DNA of 64,000 nucleotides from Octopus vulgaris. Taxonomy: Eukaryota. Each line of letters opens with the position of its first letter. The stretch's first letter is position 1. This document shows, piece by piece, positions 1 through 12,290 of this stretch. Made by a program: the position numbers and the translations under genes. The notes under the pieces are model-generated. The model was not told the origin of the DNA. It worked only from the letters and a program-made list of their open reading frames with translations, and did no database searches. The stretch spans positions 37,944,001-38,008,000 of the forward strand of contig OX597819.1 of the NCBI GenBank assembly GCA_951406725.2, written 5' to 3'.

Positions 1-320
1 TGCTTTCTCTTCTCTAGTTATAGTTAACCATATAACTATGTGTCTTTCGTAATGAATTCATAAAAAAATTATTACTCTCAATAATGATATATCTATCACA
101 AATTCCTTCAATATAAATGTTGTCAATCTATTTATCAAACTAAAAAATATAATTACGGAGATGTACTTGCATACATAGCGAGTGACTTGATCTGAGATCA
201 TGTGCTGGAACGAAAACAATTGCAGCGTAGAAGGTGTTTATAAGCCATTTAAGAAACATACAACGCTGCAATTGTTTTAAAAAATATAAATTTGAATTAA
301 AACATCTGATAATCATCATA

Positions 321-334
321 TCATCATCATCATC

Positions 335-375
<41 letters not shown>

Positions 376-507
376 TATTTAATGTGTGTTTTCCATGCTG
401 GCATGGGTTGGACAGTTTGACTGGGGTTGGTAAGGCAGAAGACTGCACCACACTTCACCGTCTGTTTTGGCATGGTTTTCATGGCTGAATGCCCTTCCTA
501 ACACCAA
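321..507 (-). mobile_element. RTE LINE 3' end fragment with (GAT)n tail
   Basis: aaccatgccaaaacagac...caaactgtccaacccatgccagcatggaaaacac followed by (GAT)n on the minus strand. Confidence 0.75.
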
Positions 508-512
508 ACAAG

Positions 513-552
<40 letters not shown>

Positions 553-585
553 TACACGCACACACACACATGCATATGTATATTG

Positions 586-923
586 TCATCGTCATCGTTG
601 TCAATTAATGTCTGTCTTCCATGTTGGCATGGGTTGAATAGTTTGACAAGATCTGGGGAGCTTTGGGACTGCACCAAGCTTCACTGTCTACTTTAGAATG
701 GTTTTTACAACTGAATACCATTAATACCAACCACTTTACAGAGTGGACTGTGTGCTTTTTATGTAGCATCAGCACCAGCAAGGCCCCCACATAACTTGCA
801 TGACAAAGATCCCTCAACCGAGAGGAGTAGTGGTGTTAAAGGCGGTGGTTTTGTGTCTGGTGATGAGAGGTTAAACTATGACAGAAGAACAGAAACAGGT
901 GCCTTGCTATAGAGGAGATGCAT
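586..923 (-). mobile_element. RTE LINE 3' UTR fragment interrupted by a SINE
   Basis: Same 3' UTR motifs as the other copies; the SINE at 937 is inserted in it. Confidence 0.65.
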
Positions 924-936
924 ATTTATCCCAGTG

Positions 937-1329
937 TGGAGGCGCAATGGCCCAGTGGTTAGGGCAGTTGACTCATGGTCATAGGATCGCGGTTTCAATT
1001 CCCAGACCGGGCGTTGTGAGTGTTTATTGAGCAAAAACATCTAAAGCTCCACAAGGCTCCTGCAGGGGATGGTGGTGATCCCTGCTGTACTCTTTCACCA
1101 CAACTTTCTCCCACTCTTACTTCCTGTTTCTGTTGTACCTGTATTTCAAAGGGCCGGCCTTGTCACTCTCTGTGTCACGCTGAATATCCCTGAGAACTAC
1201 GTTAAGGGTACACATGTCTGTGGAGTGCTCAGCCACTTACACGTTAATTTCACGAGCAGGCTGTTCCGTTGATTCAGATCAACCAGAACCCTCGTCGTCG
1301 TAACCGACGGAGTCAAGGAGGGAGAAGGG
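937..1329 (+). mobile_element. tRNA-derived SINE (octopus OR-like) with TSD
   Basis: Head GGAGGCGCAATGGCCCAGTGGTTAGGGCAG with B-box-like GGTTTCAATTCCC; 13 bp TSD ATTTATCCCAGTG at 924-936 and 1330-1342; second copy at 55103-55465 (-). Confidence 0.85.
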
Positions 1330-1340
1330 ATTTATCCCAG

Positions 1341-1372
<32 letters not shown>

Positions 1373-1769
1373 CAAGAGAGATGGTGGCACTGTGCCAGGG
1401 CATACTCTCAAGATATAAGGATGTGAATATAAATGAAGTGATAGGGGCTTGCTCAGAGTGTATGAGTAGGGAGTTGATGAAGGTGGAAAAAAGGTGGAGG
1501 GAATGAAGTGGGTGATGAAACATGAGTATATAATGGAGTGATAGGAAAGCAATAATACAGCTGATAGAGTAAGAACAGGAGAGAGAGAGAGAGAAAGGGA
1601 GAGATGACAGAGCAGTGTTGGGCTGCAGGAGTTGAGTGGGAAACAGAAAAGCATAGTGCATGAAGAAGAGATGTAGTTTGGTTTATTGGGGTAGAGTGTG
1701 TGAAATAATGTTACATATGAGTAACTCAGTTTCAGTGAGGTAGGCAGGTTTTCTCAAGACTCCCAAATC

Positions 1770-2078
1770 ACCAGAAGCCTCAGTTCATTGTGCTCTCCTC
1801 CGTAACGCCTAACATCTTGGGATCAGCTCTCATTACTTTATCCCATGTCTTCCTGGGTCTCCTTCTTTCTGACTCATAAAAGGCATCCATGCCAGTGATA
1901 CATACAAAGCACCCACTACACTCTTGGAGTGGCTGGCATAAGGAAGGGCATCCAACCATAGAAATCAAGCCAAATCAGACGGGAACCTGGTAACAACTCT
2001 CTGGCTTATCAGTTTCAGTCAAACTTCCTAACACATGCCAGCATGGAAAAGCAGATGCTAAATGATGATGAGATGATG
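1770..2078. mobile_element. RTE fragment: inverted C-terminal coding piece joined to a + strand 3' UTR
   Basis: Minus strand RRRPRKTWDKVMRADPKMLGVTEE (RTE C-terminus), followed by + strand 3' UTR and GAT tail. Confidence 0.6.
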
Positions 2079-2085
2079 ATATGTG

Positions 2086-2160
<75 letters not shown>

Positions 2161-2163
<3 letters not shown>

Positions 2164-2354
2164 ATGATAGATTGTTAGCTCCTACACGCATTTTTTTCTC
2201 TCCTTGTTTTTTTTCTGTGTATCTTTCTGTCGAAGAGTGTAGGCTCGAAACGTAAAAGACTTTTTCTATTTCTATTCCTGAGCGCTATACTAATACGTTT
2301 GTTTGTTTGTACTCCACCTGCCTTCGTCTTTTGTTTATTTTCGTAAACTTTCCC

Positions 2355-2358
<4 letters not shown>
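2161..2358 (+). repeat. About 200 bp (TA)n-embedded repeat with a hammerhead-like core (Penelope-like/retrozyme-like)
   Basis: Second copy at about 16275-16446; contains tcttt-CTGTCGA-A-GAG tgtagg CTC-GAAA-CGT-A-aaaga. Confidence 0.6.
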
Positions 2359-2397
<39 letters not shown>

Positions 2398-2406
2398 ATG
2401 ATGATG

Positions 2407-2450
<44 letters not shown>

Positions 2451-4035
2451 TAGACCTGTTCAGGTGAAATTATAAATTCAATTATAATTAAGGACATAGA
2501 AAAAATTCTTGCCTATATGCTGAAAGGAGACGCTAAATCATTGAACTTTATTAAATTTCATCACTATTATTATTACATAGTATTAACAGTGATAATATTT
2601 AATGTGGTTTAATGATTTAGCATCAAATTTCAGCATATAGGCAAGAATTTTTTCTATGTCCTTAATTATAATTATAATTATATATATATATATATATATA
2701 TCTGCTAGCTGACGTACCTGGTAATTACCGGCAAAGTGGGGCTTATCCCTTGGTTCCATTCTCATAATTGTTTCGCTAATCCAATAACAACAATACAAAG
2801 TATGTAGCCCTTAAAACGGTTTTTGTGCATTTACAGAGAATACTGAACTGTCTCGCTCAGGATCTTGTTTTTAGGAATTCCCAATAAGTTATGACTACCC
2901 AAATTGCGAAGGCAGTTATGTAATAACATGAAAGTAGTTACCCAATAGTAAGAATTCAAATAAAGTAGTCCCTAAAAAGGCTTTAATGCATTCCCAGAGT
3001 ATATAGAACATAAGAGGAAATAACTAATAAGCTATATATACTAAAATCGTGAAGTATGTTAATTAATAACAGGCTAATCAAATATGAGATAATAACAATT
3101 CAAAGTAAATAACTCTGAAAAGGCTTTTGTGCATTCCCAGAGAATATTATCCTCAGGGGCACTAGTGTTGGTATATTTGTGAATAAGTCACTAACCAAAA
3201 TAAGTCAATCTATTGTTTAGGAAAATACAGAATTTTCCACATATATAGTAAATGTTTTGTGTTCTTGTCCCAGTTTGTATTTTTATATATATATATATAT
3301 TTAGGTGTTAGGTATGTGTTGGATATGTTCCTAGTAGTAAGCTGATGAGATACATACACTGCCTATGGCTACCTGATGTCATCTACAATATTTATACAAT
3401 TGTCGCTGGATCTACCTTGGAGATTCCTCAGTTTACATGGAGTACATAACAAATTATAGAGATGAAAAATAGAATATATGAGAAACTTTATTGCTCACAA
3501 CAATCATTTCAACACATCTTGCCTCAATCCCTTGTGGATGGGGTACATTCCTATCTCTTCAGGTGGTGTTATAAGGGGTATCTCATTAAATAGACTCCGT
3601 TTTGCTAGGTTTTAATACATGTTGTTGTTGACAGTATGTTGGAACCTGTTGAAATACTCAAAATATATTCTGAGTATTCCAACGGATCATAATGTAATCC
3701 TTGTATTGTCCTTTGTGCACCCTGGTGATTTTCCATCCAAGGTATTTTAAAATGCAACATTATATATTTATATATTTATATTTTGTAGTTTTAACTTTGT
3801 TTGTGAAATGAAACAGCTATTGGTGAATATGTTAATAAATAAATCAATTTGGATCTATTAGATCTCTCTGTTTTCAAGCTTAATAATAATATTTGATATT
3901 TTATGATATTTTATGTAATATATTCATTGAAGCAATATCTTTTCAAAAAGTAATTTATTAAACTAGTATATCTTGGATAAAAATATCCCTATAAGAAGTC
4001 TAAATATCATTGTTATGACTATTAACATATATATA

Positions 4036-4200
4036 GGCATAGGAGTGGCTTTGTGGTAAGTAGCTTGCTTAACAACCACATGGGTCCAGGTTCAGTCCCA
4101 CTGCATGACACCTTGGGCAAGTGTCTTCTACTATAGCCTTGGGCCGACCAAAGCCTTGTGAGTGGATTTGGTAGATGGAAACTGAAAGAAACCTGTCGTA

Positions 4201-4241
<41 letters not shown>

Positions 4242-4435
4242 ATATGTTTGTCCCCCCCCCAACATCGCTTGACACTGATACTGGTGTGTTTACATCCCCC
4301 TAACGTAGCAGTTTGGCAAAACAGACTGATAGAATAAGTACTAAGCTTACAAAGAATAAGTCCTAGGGTCGATTTGCTTGACTAAAGGCAGTGCTCCTGC
4401 ATGGCCACAGTCACATGACTGAAACCAGTAAAAGA
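4036..4435 (+). mobile_element. tRNA-derived SINE with internal (TA/TG)n (abundant octopus-type family)
   Basis: Head GGCATAGGAGTGGCTTTGTGGTAAG...GGTTCAGTCCC; tail cagcatggccacagtc..tgactgaaac..gtaaaaga. Copies at 22704-23100(-), 39131-40428(+, interrupted), 43689-44109(-), 53182-53569(-), 62258-62660(-), plus fragments. Confidence 0.85.
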
Positions 4436-4680
4436 GTAACAGAGTATATATATATAGATATATATATATATATATAGATATATAGATAGATAGGAGATAG
4501 ATAGATAGATAGGTAGGTAGGTAGGTAGGTAGATAGATAGACAGATATAGATATATATGTGTGCATAAAATTTAACTTAGGATAAAAATGCAATATTTGT
4601 AGATAACAAGAGTTTAAAATAGTAAGTACATTAATGAATGAGGATGTTTTCCTGTTTTTATTGTTTTCTGTTTATTTTAG

Positions 4681-4744
4681 TTAAAAGGACATATCTATCT
4701 CACACAAGTATGTCTTTTGAGGAACTTAAACATAAAGAAAGCGA
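4681..4744 (+). CDS. Coiled-coil protein gene, exon A (KRTYLSHTSMSFEELKHKES)
   Basis: Polypyrimidine tract and TTTTAG acceptor at 4680; donor GA|GTGAGT; ends in phase 2, matching the 10379 exon (ga+a = Glu). Upstream exon not found; in-frame ATG at 4710. Confidence 0.7.
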
Positions 4745-4987
4745 GTGAGTATTAGTTACAGATCATTTCTGATTGAGCACTTGTTTTGGTTTCTTTGACT
4801 TCTCTTCTCCTTTTACTAACTCCATGCATACAACACATTCAGTTTTTGCACTCATTCACTCACTCATACATGTATGCTGCTGTACATTCATACACCTATC
4901 AACACTTGCCTTCTTTCATTTGACACATAACTGTTTGTTCAATATCTATTTCCACTCTCTGTTCTCCTCTAGTAAAAACTACATGCT

Positions 4988-5250
4988 CATCATCATCATC
5001 TAATAGCCATGCTCCATGCTGACATGGTTTGGATGGTTTGATGGATCCTGTGAGTCCAAGGTCTGCATCAAGCACCTGTGTTTTCTTTGGCATAGTTTCT
5101 ACATCTGGATGCCCTTCATACACCACTTTATCCAGCATCTCCCTGGGTCTCCTGCCTCCACATGTTTCATCCACTTTAAGTGATCAGCACTTCTTTATAT
5201 AGCTTTCCTCATCCATGCACGTCACATGACCCAGCCGTCATAGTCTTCTA
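4988..5250 (-). mobile_element. RTE LINE 3' fragment
   Basis: ETCGGRRPREMLDKVV C-terminal motif joined to 3' UTR and GAT tail. Confidence 0.65.
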
Positions 5251-5946
5251 TTTAAAATTACATACATGCAACTCTTTTCTTAACTTTTTAATCTCTCTTT
5301 TTTTTTATCTGTTGGGTCTATGTCTGAAATATTGATGCTTTGTCTAGGAATACGATACAATGGCTTGCAAAAAGGTTTAAAGTTGTTATCATGAGTTGTT
5401 AATTCAACATTTTAACTTTGTGATAATCCTACATCTATCATGAATCTTGAGGTGTGATATCTATCAAAGTCTTTATTCATAATAACTTATCTAATGCTAA
5501 ATTTAAGTGTCTCTTATGGAAATCATACGGTTACAGAGAGATGCTACAAATCCCTAGAAGAAGCTGTTTAGAATGTCTTTGTTAAATGTTCCAAAATTAC
5601 CTACTAAATTCTAGTTCTGAAATTTTTTATTAAATATAAGAATCTGGACAAGTTTCTTTTATTGAATTGGAAAACACCTCTCTCTGGATTAAACATAAAG
5701 TCTCACAAACTTAGACTTCCTCCCCCATTGAATTAATTTACATCAACCATATTAATTCTGCTTCACACAGTCCAAAGGGATGCATCTCTTAATTTTTTTT
5801 TCCATTTCACTTTTTTCTTTTACCTTTCACTTTTTTTAATGTTTTATCAATGGCTAGAGTTCTTTCTCATTTCTTTTTTGCAAGAAAGACCGACCATATT
5901 TGAGAAAGATTGCTTGGAAATGCATAGCCTGCTATACAAGCTTATC

Positions 5947-6360
5947 CGGATTTTTTTTTTCTAGCAGTGTCATATGAAATTGTCACCCATAATTATGACC
6001 CTAGTATCGATCTATTGCATTTCAATCTGTTTTAGGGTTTAGGGTTAGTTAGGGTTAGGGGTGGGGGGAAGGGTGTCTTTTTTTCTTCACAAATGTAAAT
6101 AAACCCAATCTGTTTCTTAAACGAGGGACATATTCATACGGCACAGAATGTTTTTTTACCTCAATGGACGTCATCGATTGGTCGAAATTGCAGAAATTGA
6201 AGAAAAAAAACAGCAAATATCTTACAAACTATAGAATTTTCTCAATAAAGCCAAGAGAAAAGGGTGTTTTATAAACACATTCTACCAGTATACGAAGTTT
6301 AAAATTTTTTAGTTACCTAGAAATTATGTCAAAAACTGCCGTTCAAACCAAAAAGATCCG
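5947..6360. mobile_element. Non-autonomous DNA transposon (MITE-like) with 6 bp TSD and internal TTAGGG-like repeats
   Basis: TSD CTTATC at 5941-5946 and 6361-6366; termini CGGATTTTTT and AAAAAGATCCG; ttagggtttagggttagttagggttaggg at 6032-6060. Confidence 0.75.
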
Positions 6361-6639
6361 CTTATCCAACTATTGTGCTTTTCAGCATGAAACTAATAGT
6401 AGCCTGAATTTAAACCCTGTGTATATTAAATGATGTGTGTGTGTGTGTTTCTTCTTTGAGTTTTATATACGTTCTTAAGAGAGTTCAAGCTGGTCACTAA
6501 CAAAGCTTTTTAAGTTAAGAGAGCCCTCGGTGTTTGTAAATATGTGGTTGAGTTGGTGTAATGGTTGAGCAGTCAGTACACACACCCAAGTGTCTGCATC
6601 TCTTCATCTATAGAATCTTAGATGGAGAATCTTTGGAAT

Positions 6640-7316
6640 GTTTTACAAATCTTCAGCATGCCACAGATAGATTGAATTTGGAGAATGTGCATCAGTTTCT
6701 TTTATTCTTTCTTAAAAACACCTAGTATTTCTAAGTTTTTGTGTAAATTTGGAGGTACATTGCCTAATGGATCTATCATGATAAGTACAAACGAGAATTC
6801 ATTGTCAGGGTATAAGAGCAGTAAGCTCTGCATTAATTTACCATAAATATTCTCTTTTTCCTTGATCCTTGATGGTACATTCACTTCCACTGAGTAGCTG
6901 ACCTCTACAACAGTGCATGACTTTTGTTCCCTGGCCCACAGAATAATATCAGGCTTGTTAAGCTTGCACTGAATTGATGTTTTTATTGGGGTGGTTCACA
7001 ATATTCCTTGTTTTTAAAGGTGTGGTTCTGACATGTCTTTGATGTATATGTCAGAGTAATCCTTCCTGTGGATAGTGTTCTAAACAGACTTTGTGATTGT
7101 ATCATGCCTCAGGGGCAGATAGTATTTTATAGACATTTTGGGGCAACTGCTAATGATGTGGCTTATATCTTCCACACTGATATGACAGAACTGATATTTT
7201 TTACCACAATGTAGAGGTTTGGTGGCATTCCTATCTCTCTTGTTTATCAAGTATTTAATAGCTATCTCCTGTTCCTTGATAAAGAACGCATATCCTTCTA
7301 GATGGGATATAATGCA
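6640..7316 (-). mobile_element. Decayed 3' part of a restriction-like-endonuclease non-LTR retrotransposon (R4/NeSL-type)
   Basis: Minus-strand zinc-knuckle-like FCHISVEDISHIISSCPK, then RHDTITK and KPDIIL; ORF 6702-6890 resembles the RLE C-terminus. Confidence 0.7.
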
Positions 7317-8520
7317 TTGGGTTGCGTCAAAAATAATTTCTGATTTTGTTAAATACCTTTAAATAAATGTTCCTTCTCGAGCCATGCCAGGTTCATAAGG
7401 GCTGGTTTCCCGGTTTCAGTAGTGTAGAAATTCCCCACCTGGATGGGACACCGGTCCGTCGCAGGATTACTAATTTTTGCCAGCTGAGTGGACTGGAGCA
7501 ATGTGAAAATGAAGTGTTTTGCTCAAGAACACAATGCATCTCCCGGTCCAGGAATCGAAACCACAACCTTACGATCATGAGTTCAACACCCTAACCACTA
7601 AGCCACGTACCTCTACTAAATACCTTTAGTCATGAAAAAAATTTTACAAAGAATTATTTTCAATTATCAGTATAATTGCCATTATTTTGATTAACCTCTT
7701 GCCATTTATTAGGTAGCTTTTTGACAGGAAAAAACTTTCCACATACTTCATCTTCTTGAGAACATTTTTTTCCCCCCATCAGACCATTTTGTAGAGAGCA
7801 AAAAAGATGGGAATTAGTTGGTGAAAGGTCCGGTGAATATGGTGGATGGGGTAGAACAGACCAGCACAAATTTAATATTTTATCCTGCGTGATTGTTGCT
7901 GAATGTGGTCTTGCATTATCATGGAGAAGCACAACATTTTTCCTATTGACAAGTGCAGGGCATTTTCTTAAAAGATTTTCATGCACACATTTGAGCTGTT
8001 GAGAGTATAAGTTGTCATTTTGTGTTTGATTGTGGTTTGAAAAATCAAACTGAATAATGCTGTGGTGATCCTGTCATACACACAACATAACCTTTCTTCC
8101 ACAGAGCTCAGCCTTTGAAATAGGTTTTGGAGATTTATCCTTGTCAATCCACTGCCTTTTGCATTGAACATTGTCATAAAAAAAACATTTTTCATTACCT
8201 CTAATGTTATTATCGAGAAACAGGTAATTTCTTTGCCTTGAAAGAAGACTTGTCACTATGGACATGTGATCATCCCTAGTCTTCTCATTAAGAGTATGGG
8301 GAACACAAACACCTAGCTTGCTGACTTTTCCTAGCTTTTCCAAGTGGCAGCAGATAGTGGATTGGGATGTGTTGAGGTCAACTGCTAATTTCTGAGTACT
8401 TTTACAAGGATTGAATCCCACTAATTCTGTTAAAGCATCTTGGTCAAAGTCTGATGAGAGTCCTGGTCTGAGTTGATCTCTTAGTGACAACTCTCCAGAA
8501 TGAAACTTTGAAAACCAATT
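7317..8520 (-). mobile_element. Mariner-like transposon relic (frameshifted transposase)
   Basis: ORFs with [31 protein letters not shown] and GNEKCFFYDN; one TIR-like end at 7317; the other end is cut by an RTE insertion. Confidence 0.88.
7362..7616 (-). mobile_element. tRNA-derived SINE inserted in the mariner relic
   Basis: 12 bp TSD TAAATACCTTTA at 7350-7361 and 7617-7628; tRNA-like head; related copies at 41656-41913, 61897-62140 and 62945-63186. Confidence 0.85.
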
Positions 8521-9065
8521 TCACACTTGTTGAAAGACCTGTTGAGGCAAGTGAAGTCGATATCGAACCTCATCCGACGACCTTCGAAGACCTGTTGGGG
8601 CAAGTGAAATCGGAATCGAAATTGAACCAATCCTATGACTGGTACCCGGCAGATTCCAGGACACCTGGACTGGAGATACGTAAAAAGCACTATCCGAATC
8701 GTGGCCAATGCCAGCGCTGCCTCGACTGGCTTCTGTGTCGGTGGTACGTAAAAGGCACCATCCGAATCGTGGCCGAAGCCAGTGCCGCCTCGACTGGCTT
8801 CCATGCAGGTGGCACATAAAACGCACCAATCTGACCGTGGCCGATGCCAGCCTCGCCTGGCACCAGTGCAGGTGGCACATAAAAAGCACCCACTACACTC
8901 ACGGAGTGGTTGGCGTTAGGAAGGGCATCCAGCTGTAGAAACATTGCCAGATAAGACCGGAGCCTGGTGCAGCCTTCTGGCTTCCCAGATCCCCGGTCGA
9001 ACCGTCCAACCCATGCTAGCATGGAGAACGGACGTTAAACGATGATGATGATGATGATGATGATG
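8521..9065 (+). mobile_element. Young, CpG-rich RTE 3' end with about 70 bp tandem units and (GAT)n tail
   Basis: About three units (cgtaaaaagcaccatccgaatcgtggcc..gccag..ctcgactggcttc) at 8678-8890; ends ggacgttaaac(GAT)n. Confidence 0.8.
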
Positions 9066-10378
9066 GTCAGTAATAACAGCAAAGGCAAATGCTGATACAG
9101 CTTGGCATCAGTCATGTCATAACTCATTTCTACAGCTGAGCAAGCTCGAAGAATGTGAAATAAAATGTTTTGTTCAAGAATGCAACACGCAGCCCAGTCC
9201 GAGTATCAAACTCACTACCTCATGGTGGTGTTAAAGTTTACCACCCATGTAGGTTGAGACAGGATTTGAACTCAAAATGCAAGGAACTGGAACAATACTG
9301 TAAAGTATCTAATTTTCTTATAGTTCCAGTAGTCCATCATCCCAAATTAGTATTTTTTTCACTGATCTCAAAAGGAATAGAAGCAAATTTGACGTTAACA
9401 GCATTTGCACTCTGCTCAGATAAACTCACAACAAACATAAAGAGGCATTCTATCCAATGCACAAGCAACTCTGTTAATTCCAAGCCTTGATTATATTGAA
9501 CATTATTGATAATTCAAACATATTTTGAAATTTGTTTTTATCCTAACCTCATTTTAGATTAAAAAAATAAAAGAAAACTTATTTAGCTATCATTGTGCTG
9601 ATCTCCAATCTTATCATCATTTAATCATCTGATCAGACAACTTGCGTAAATCAATGCAACACTTCCACACCAGATGTTCCAATTGAGTGATGAGGCATGA
9701 ATGTCTAGCTTGGGTTTTAATCACATTGTTCTTTTCCTAGCTGAAATATATCATCTGCACACACCATAAGTATAGATGGTAGTTGTAGTTCACTAACTGA
9801 ACTGGTTAATCCTGGCCATTTGTTTGTTCTCCATTCATTTGTTCAGCATCTAGTGATATTTTCCCATTGATTCAATAAATTCGTTTGCGAAAACAGTCAC
9901 TTCCACCATGCAGCATCCCATGATTTTAGCATACCCTGCTTGGATAGATACATGCTATTTAACCATAGTTGGGATCCTGACTAGTGTTATTACTCCAGGT
10001 CAGAGTAAACCTAGGAACAATAGTGCCCAAGAGGTGGTTCCACATTCCTCAAAACTCTGAAACTCCTGAACCAGCACCCCACTACCAGATGTAGTTTAAA
10101 GTCTTATCCAAAATATTTCAACCTTATAATCCTTACCATACTATGTTCATTACCTCCTCACTATTATCATTATAACAATAATGATGGCCACTACTATTCT
10201 AATTGTCACTATTGCTATTACTAACACAGTAACCACTATAAACTTAACAGGAATTATAATTTTTATCACAACCAGTATAATCACATTTATTTTCAATTAA
10301 GAAATAAAAAGGAAAAAGCTCACTAATTGCTTAAGATTGTATCCTATTGTTTTAAATTAACACCCATTTCTGTGGCAG

Positions 10379-10489
10379 ACTGGCAGATATTAAAACTCAG
10401 TTGGAGAGTGCAAGAGAAAAGAAAATTGAGCTTCAGGCTTTACTTAATGAATTGGAAAAAAGATTGCGCATTTTAAAAGATGATTGTAA
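10379..10489 (+). CDS. Coiled-coil protein gene, exon B (LADIKTQLESAREKKIELQALLNELEKRLRILKDDC)
   Basis: CAG acceptor, AA|GTAAGT donor, open frame, heptad-like Leu/Glu/Lys pattern, phase 2 at both ends. Confidence 0.85.
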
Positions 10490-11601
10490 GTAAGTAGCAT
10501 TTGATATTTCTTAAATTTTATGTAAAAATTACGAGAAAATAAAGCAGAAATATATTCTTTAGGTTCCACATTTATTTATAGAAATTACATTGAAATAATG
10601 GGAACAGTGATCTTACTCAATAAATTTTCACTATTAATATATTTAACAATTTTATGGTGGCGAGCTGACTGAATCTTTAGCACACAATCTTTATGTCCTG
10701 AGTCCAGATTCTGCTGAGGTTGACTTTGCCTTTCATCCTTTCAGAGCCGATAAAATAAGTACCAGTTAAGTCCTAGGGTCAATGTAATTGACTTAAACCC
10801 TCCCCTGGACTTGCTGGTAATTGACTTAACCCTTCCTCCAAACTTGCTGCCAAAATTTCAAACCAATATATTTAACCATTTTGATAAAATTCCTCTGAAA
10901 TAAATTTTAGGTAATTCTTGTACAGAAATGATTTTGTGGTTAAGATATTTGTTTTGCAAGGTTCAGGTTTGATAATATGATCTCAAGTCTGATAATATGA
11001 TAAGAACCTCTCTTTCCTCTCACTTGTCTCAACAACCTGCAATAAGGTCATGACTATTGTCTTTCTCCTGATTAAACCATGGAAAACAAAAACAAAAACA
11101 AATCTTTGTTCAACTTTAAGAAAAGATATTGGTTTCAAATTTTGGTACAAGGCCAGTTATTTCAGAGAGGAGTAAGTCAATTACATCGACCCTAGTGCAA
11201 AACTGATACTTATTTTATCGACCCCGAAAGGATGAAAGGCAAAGTTGACCCTGACAGCATTTAAACTCAGAATGTAAAGTTGGAAGAAATACCACAAAGC
11301 ATTTTGTCTGGGGTGGTAACAATTCTGTCAGCTCACTGTCTTACTTTACGAAAAGATATTACAGGTGATATTTTGTTTCCATTGCTATAGTAATGACTGT
11401 ATCTCAAACTTCATAACTATCTTACTATATTTTATGACACATGTATTAAAATGGACACACTGCATCCATGTGTATCTTACGACACAATTAAAAGGATTGG
11501 TAGCAAGAAGGACATCTTGATAGAATACTGTTTTTGAAGAACTGTCAACCCATACTAGCATGGAAAAGTGTGAAATGCAGCTACTAATGAAAAGAAAGAT
11601 A

Positions 11602-12290
11602 GCAATTCAATTTCAATTCAATTCAATTCAATTTTTATTGGCTCAAAAAGCAAAAGCAAAGCCATGTAGGGGGACAGGGAGTTATGTACAGGGAGGGTGG
11701 TCATACAAAGAGTTCAGGCCATTTCTGGTCAAGAGAGACTTTGAACTGAGTGGTCGTTGGCACCTTCACTATCTCGTTCGGCAGCTTATTCCATTGATCC
11801 GCAACTCGGACGGAGAAAACCCCTCTCCTTCGATTGAGATGAAATCGTCATAGATAGAGCTTTTCGGAGTGACCCCACAGCCCACATTCTGGAGCAGGAG
11901 TGAAGAATAGCTCTTTCAAGAGGTTACACTTTCCGCTTATGATGTTGTGAGTGAGAATGAGATCACCACGGCGGCGGCATTTTTCGAGAGAATAAAGGTC
12001 GAGCGTCTTCAGCCTTTCTTCATAAGACAAATGCTTGAGACCAAGAACCATGCAGGTAGCCAGCTTCTGGACTTTTTTGAGATGATGTATGTCTTTGAGG
12101 AGATAAGGAGAAGAGGCTTAAATCCCATACTCCAATATGGGTCTCACCAGCGTGACATAGAGCGGTAGGAATATGGCTGCTGTGAGCATTCCGAATGACA
12201 ATCAAAAACAGAACTCCTCGTGCTTTGTTGGCAGGATGGACGCATTGGGCCGAAGGCAAAAAGGAAGAATCTACCAAGATACCCGGCAAT
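11602..12290 (-). mobile_element. CR1-clade LINE 3' fragment
   Basis: GLKHLSYEERLKTLDLYSLEKCRRRGDLILTHNII (CR1 ORF2 C-terminus); (TGAAT)n tail on the minus strand. Confidence 0.85.

Noticed and set aside
937-1010. tRNA genes at SINE heads (also 41656, 54819, 63630-63703)
   Set aside because: No complete cloverleaf; each continues into a repeat body, several with TSDs.
4581-4621. Small upstream coding exon ending at A|GTAAGT (4622)
   Set aside because: The frame needed to join exon A contains TAA and the intron would be only 59 bp; at most it could be UTR.
6032-6060. Telomere or chromosome-fusion scar
   Set aside because: Only a few degenerate units, internal to a TSD-flanked element.
8678-8890. 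CRISPR-like repeat-spacer array
   Set aside because: Whole ~70 bp units are tandemly repeated without unique spacers, inside an RTE 3' UTR; eukaryotic context with no cas genes.
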